From an uncultured Acidobacteriota bacterium (GTDB lineage Bacteria > Acidobacteriota > UBA6911 > RPQK01 > JAPXNP01), in the NCBI GenBank assembly GCA_963777605.1, contig CAVZRV010000035.1, positions 192,001-256,000 on the forward strand: a stretch of DNA of 64,000 nucleotides. Direction: 5' to 3'. The notes beneath the pieces were generated by a model, which was not told the origin of the DNA, did not search any database, and saw only the letters and a program-made list of their open reading frames with translations. A program made the position numbers and the translations under genes. Shown piece by piece: positions 62,035-64,000 of the stretch. Position 1 is the first letter of the stretch, and each line of letters opens with the position of its first letter.

Positions 62035-63540
62035 ATGAAACTCTCGAAGACACCATTCCTGGAGATTGTCGGTAAGCTGGAGGGGCGTAAGGCCTCCGGA
62101 ATCCTGGAGTTCCAGCAGCCTGAAACCCAGGAAAAGATCTACCTCTTCTTTTACGACGGCCAGGTCGAAGCGGCCTCCTCCAGCCGGCAGGAAACCTGCC
62201 TGGGCCAGTACCTGGTCCGGGAAAACCTCTTGAATCCGGACGACCTCGGGGGAATCTTGAAGCGGGCCGAGAAGGTTCACAAGCCACTGGGCGAAATTCT
62301 GGTCCAGGAAGACTGGATCGACCCCGCGGTGCTCGGTCAGATGGTGACCCGACAACTGGTCGATCTCTCTCTGCTGGCGATCAAGGGGAACTTCCTGCCC
62401 GGCACGTTCACGGGTTCGACCAAGGGGGCCATGAGACATCGAATTTACATGACCTCCTTCAACCTGACCCTGGCGATCATCCGCCGGCGTTCGGTTCAAC
62501 TCAGCCTGAATCCGGGACAGCGCGTCCTCCTGGTCGCCGACGCCATGCCTTCGGCCACATGGCTTCCCGATGAAGTATCGGTCATCAGCCACCTTCGCTA
62601 CCCGATCACGGTTGAGGATCTGGCCGAAAAGACGACGCTGGAAACCGGTCGTGTGAAGACGATCCTCCAGATGCTCGACGACCTGGAGTTGATCTCGCTC
62701 CTGGAAGGCAACCTGAGCGGGGAAACTGCTCTGGCGCGGCGGGAACGACTGCCGCTCGAGATTCTGGTTCCCGAGATCCGGAACTCGACACTCACTGAAA
62801 AGGTGGACCTCGTCAACCAGAACCACTCACCGGTGAGCGAACAGTTCCGGTCCCTCAAGGTCCGCCTCTCCAACCAGGTCGATCCGCCCGTGAAGATCCT
62901 GAGCGTCACCAGTCCGCGGGCCCAGGACGGGAAATCGCTCATCAGTATCAACCTGGCCATGAGTTTTGCCAAGGAACCGGGGCGCCGCGTCCTCCTGATT
63001 GACAGCGACCTCAGGGGCGCTTCGACCCACGAAAAGATGGGAATCTCCATGGAGCCGGGCCTCTATCACTACCTGCTGGAAGGTCTGGAGCCGCAGTGTT
63101 ACATCCGCCGGGTCGGCCAGCTCTACGTGATGACGGCCGGAAATTACGCCTCCAATGCCGTCGAACTGCTGTCCCTGAGCCGAATGCAGGATCTTATGGA
63201 ATTCGCCCAGCGCGAATTCGACACGGTAGTGGTGGATGCGCCGCCCATGCTTCCGGTGGCCGATGCGCGGATCATCACGCGGCTGACCGATGCCTCCGTA
63301 ATGGTCATCTACCAGGGAAAGACCCCCTATCGCATGATCCGCAAAGCCCTGGACATCATCGACCGTCGGAAACTGCTGGGCATCGTGTTGAATGGCGTCA
63401 AGGCGACCGGTCTCGAGGGCTACTACTCGTACGGGTACTACACCTCCGACCCATATCAATCCAGCAGTGACGTGATCGAGTTGAAGGCCAAGGCCCGCCG
63501 AAGAGGCCGCCGCAAGTCAACGCGAACCATATTTGGGTAG
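62035..63540 (+). CDS. CpsD/CapB-family bacterial tyrosine kinase with N-terminal DUF4388/MshEN-like domains
   Basis: EQFRSLK, Walker A TSPRAQDGKS, LLIDSDLR, Walker B VVVDAPP, Tyr cluster GYYSYGYY; N-terminal SGILEF...F.DGQV..A and LGQYLV/LGEILV. Confidence 0.88.
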   Translation: MKLSKTPFLEIVGKLEGRKASGILEFQQPETQEKIYLFFYDGQVEAASSSRQETCLGQYLVRENLLNPDDLGGILKRAEKVHKPLGEILVQEDWIDPAVLGQMVTRQLVDLSLLAIKGNFLPGTFTGSTKGAMRHRIYMTSFNLTLAIIRRRSVQLSLNPGQRVLLVADAMPSATWLPDEVSVISHLRYPITVEDLAEKTTLETGRVKTILQMLDDLELISLLEGNLSGETALARRERLPLEILVPEIRNSTLTEKVDLVNQNHSPVSEQFRSLKVRLSNQVDPPVKILSVTSPRAQDGKSLISINLAMSFAKEPGRRVLLIDSDLRGASTHEKMGISMEPGLYHYLLEGLEPQCYIRRVGQLYVMTAGNYASNAVELLSLSRMQDLMEFAQREFDTVVVDAPPMLPVADARIITRLTDASVMVIYQGKTPYRMIRKALDIIDRRKLLGIVLNGVKATGLEGYYSYGYYTSDPYQSSSDVIELKAKARRRGRRKSTRTIFG

Positions 63541-63591
63541 GGCGCGTTTTGGGAAATGGGTTTGGTAGACCGAGAGACGGGAAACGGGCAG

Positions 63592-63740
63592 AGGGTTCCT
63601 GGTTCCTGGTTCCTGGTTTCGGGTCGGTCCGACGAGCCCCGCCTCGCGGGGCGGAATGGAGTAGCCCAGGACAGAGCGCAGCGGAGTCCTGGGTCCCCGG
63701 CATCGCGCGCATCTGAGTCCCGCCCTTGCGGGACGACATG
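63592..63740. repeat. GGTTCCT heptamers plus a dispersed GTAG-REP copy
   Basis: GGTTCCT x3, then GTAGCCCAGGACAGAGCGCAGCGGAGTCCTGGG (63661-63693) and GAGTCCCGC..GCGGGAC, the same architecture as the REPs near tnpA. Confidence 0.8.
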
Positions 63741-64000
63741 GCCTGTCGACACCGTGGAGAGGATTTGGAGTTGTGCACTGTCAGGTAGCGTCTTGGGCGG
63801 GAGACTGAGTTTGAAACTGCGGCATTCCAGAACCGCAAATTCGGTAATTGACCAGGAGAATCCTTATCCAGGAAACCGGGGGGCGCATATCTTAAACTCG
63901 GTTCCTTCTGACGAACCCAGACGCATGATTCCAACCCTCCCAGCAACCTCACACCATTAGTGCTCCGCTCCTGAAACCCGCTTACTGTTTCCCGAATCCC

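Noticed and set aside
63775-63810. ops/JUMPStart element near the EPS genes
   Set aside because: CAGGTAGCGT only partly matches GGCGGTAG; support is insufficient.

Overview
GC-rich (~60% by eye) bacterial chromosomal window. Gene content suggests Acidobacteriota (inference). Most of it is housekeeping and metabolic genes: thrC, lutABC, queD, ctaB, gltX, pdxJ, rsmI, argC-argD-argB, mreBCD-mrdA-rodA, gatCA, ribF, mazG, acs, an RpoH-like sigma factor and carbamate kinase. It also holds a sugar-salvage cluster (GH31, NahK-like kinase, two phosphohexomutases), an IS200-type Y1 transposase embedded in about 2 kb of GTAG-REP/REPIN-like repeats, and the start of a Wzy-type exopolysaccharide locus. 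The best candidate for a new system is the arginine operon. It has no argA or argJ but is headed by a DUF1611/DgcN-like P-loop protein, a possible non-orthologous N-acetylglutamate synthase. It is preceded by two ARG-box-like sites and an unannotated 21-aa Arg-rich leader peptide with competing RNA pairings. Other leads: the REP-flanked IS200-type TnpA, a BY-kinase fused to DUF4388/MshEN-like domains, and a strong promoter followed at once by a terminator ahead of a 61-aa Zn-ribbon protein. Three genes carry frameshifts that may be assembly errors. No rRNA, tRNA or CRISPR array was recognised. All calls are by eye from motifs; no searches were run.
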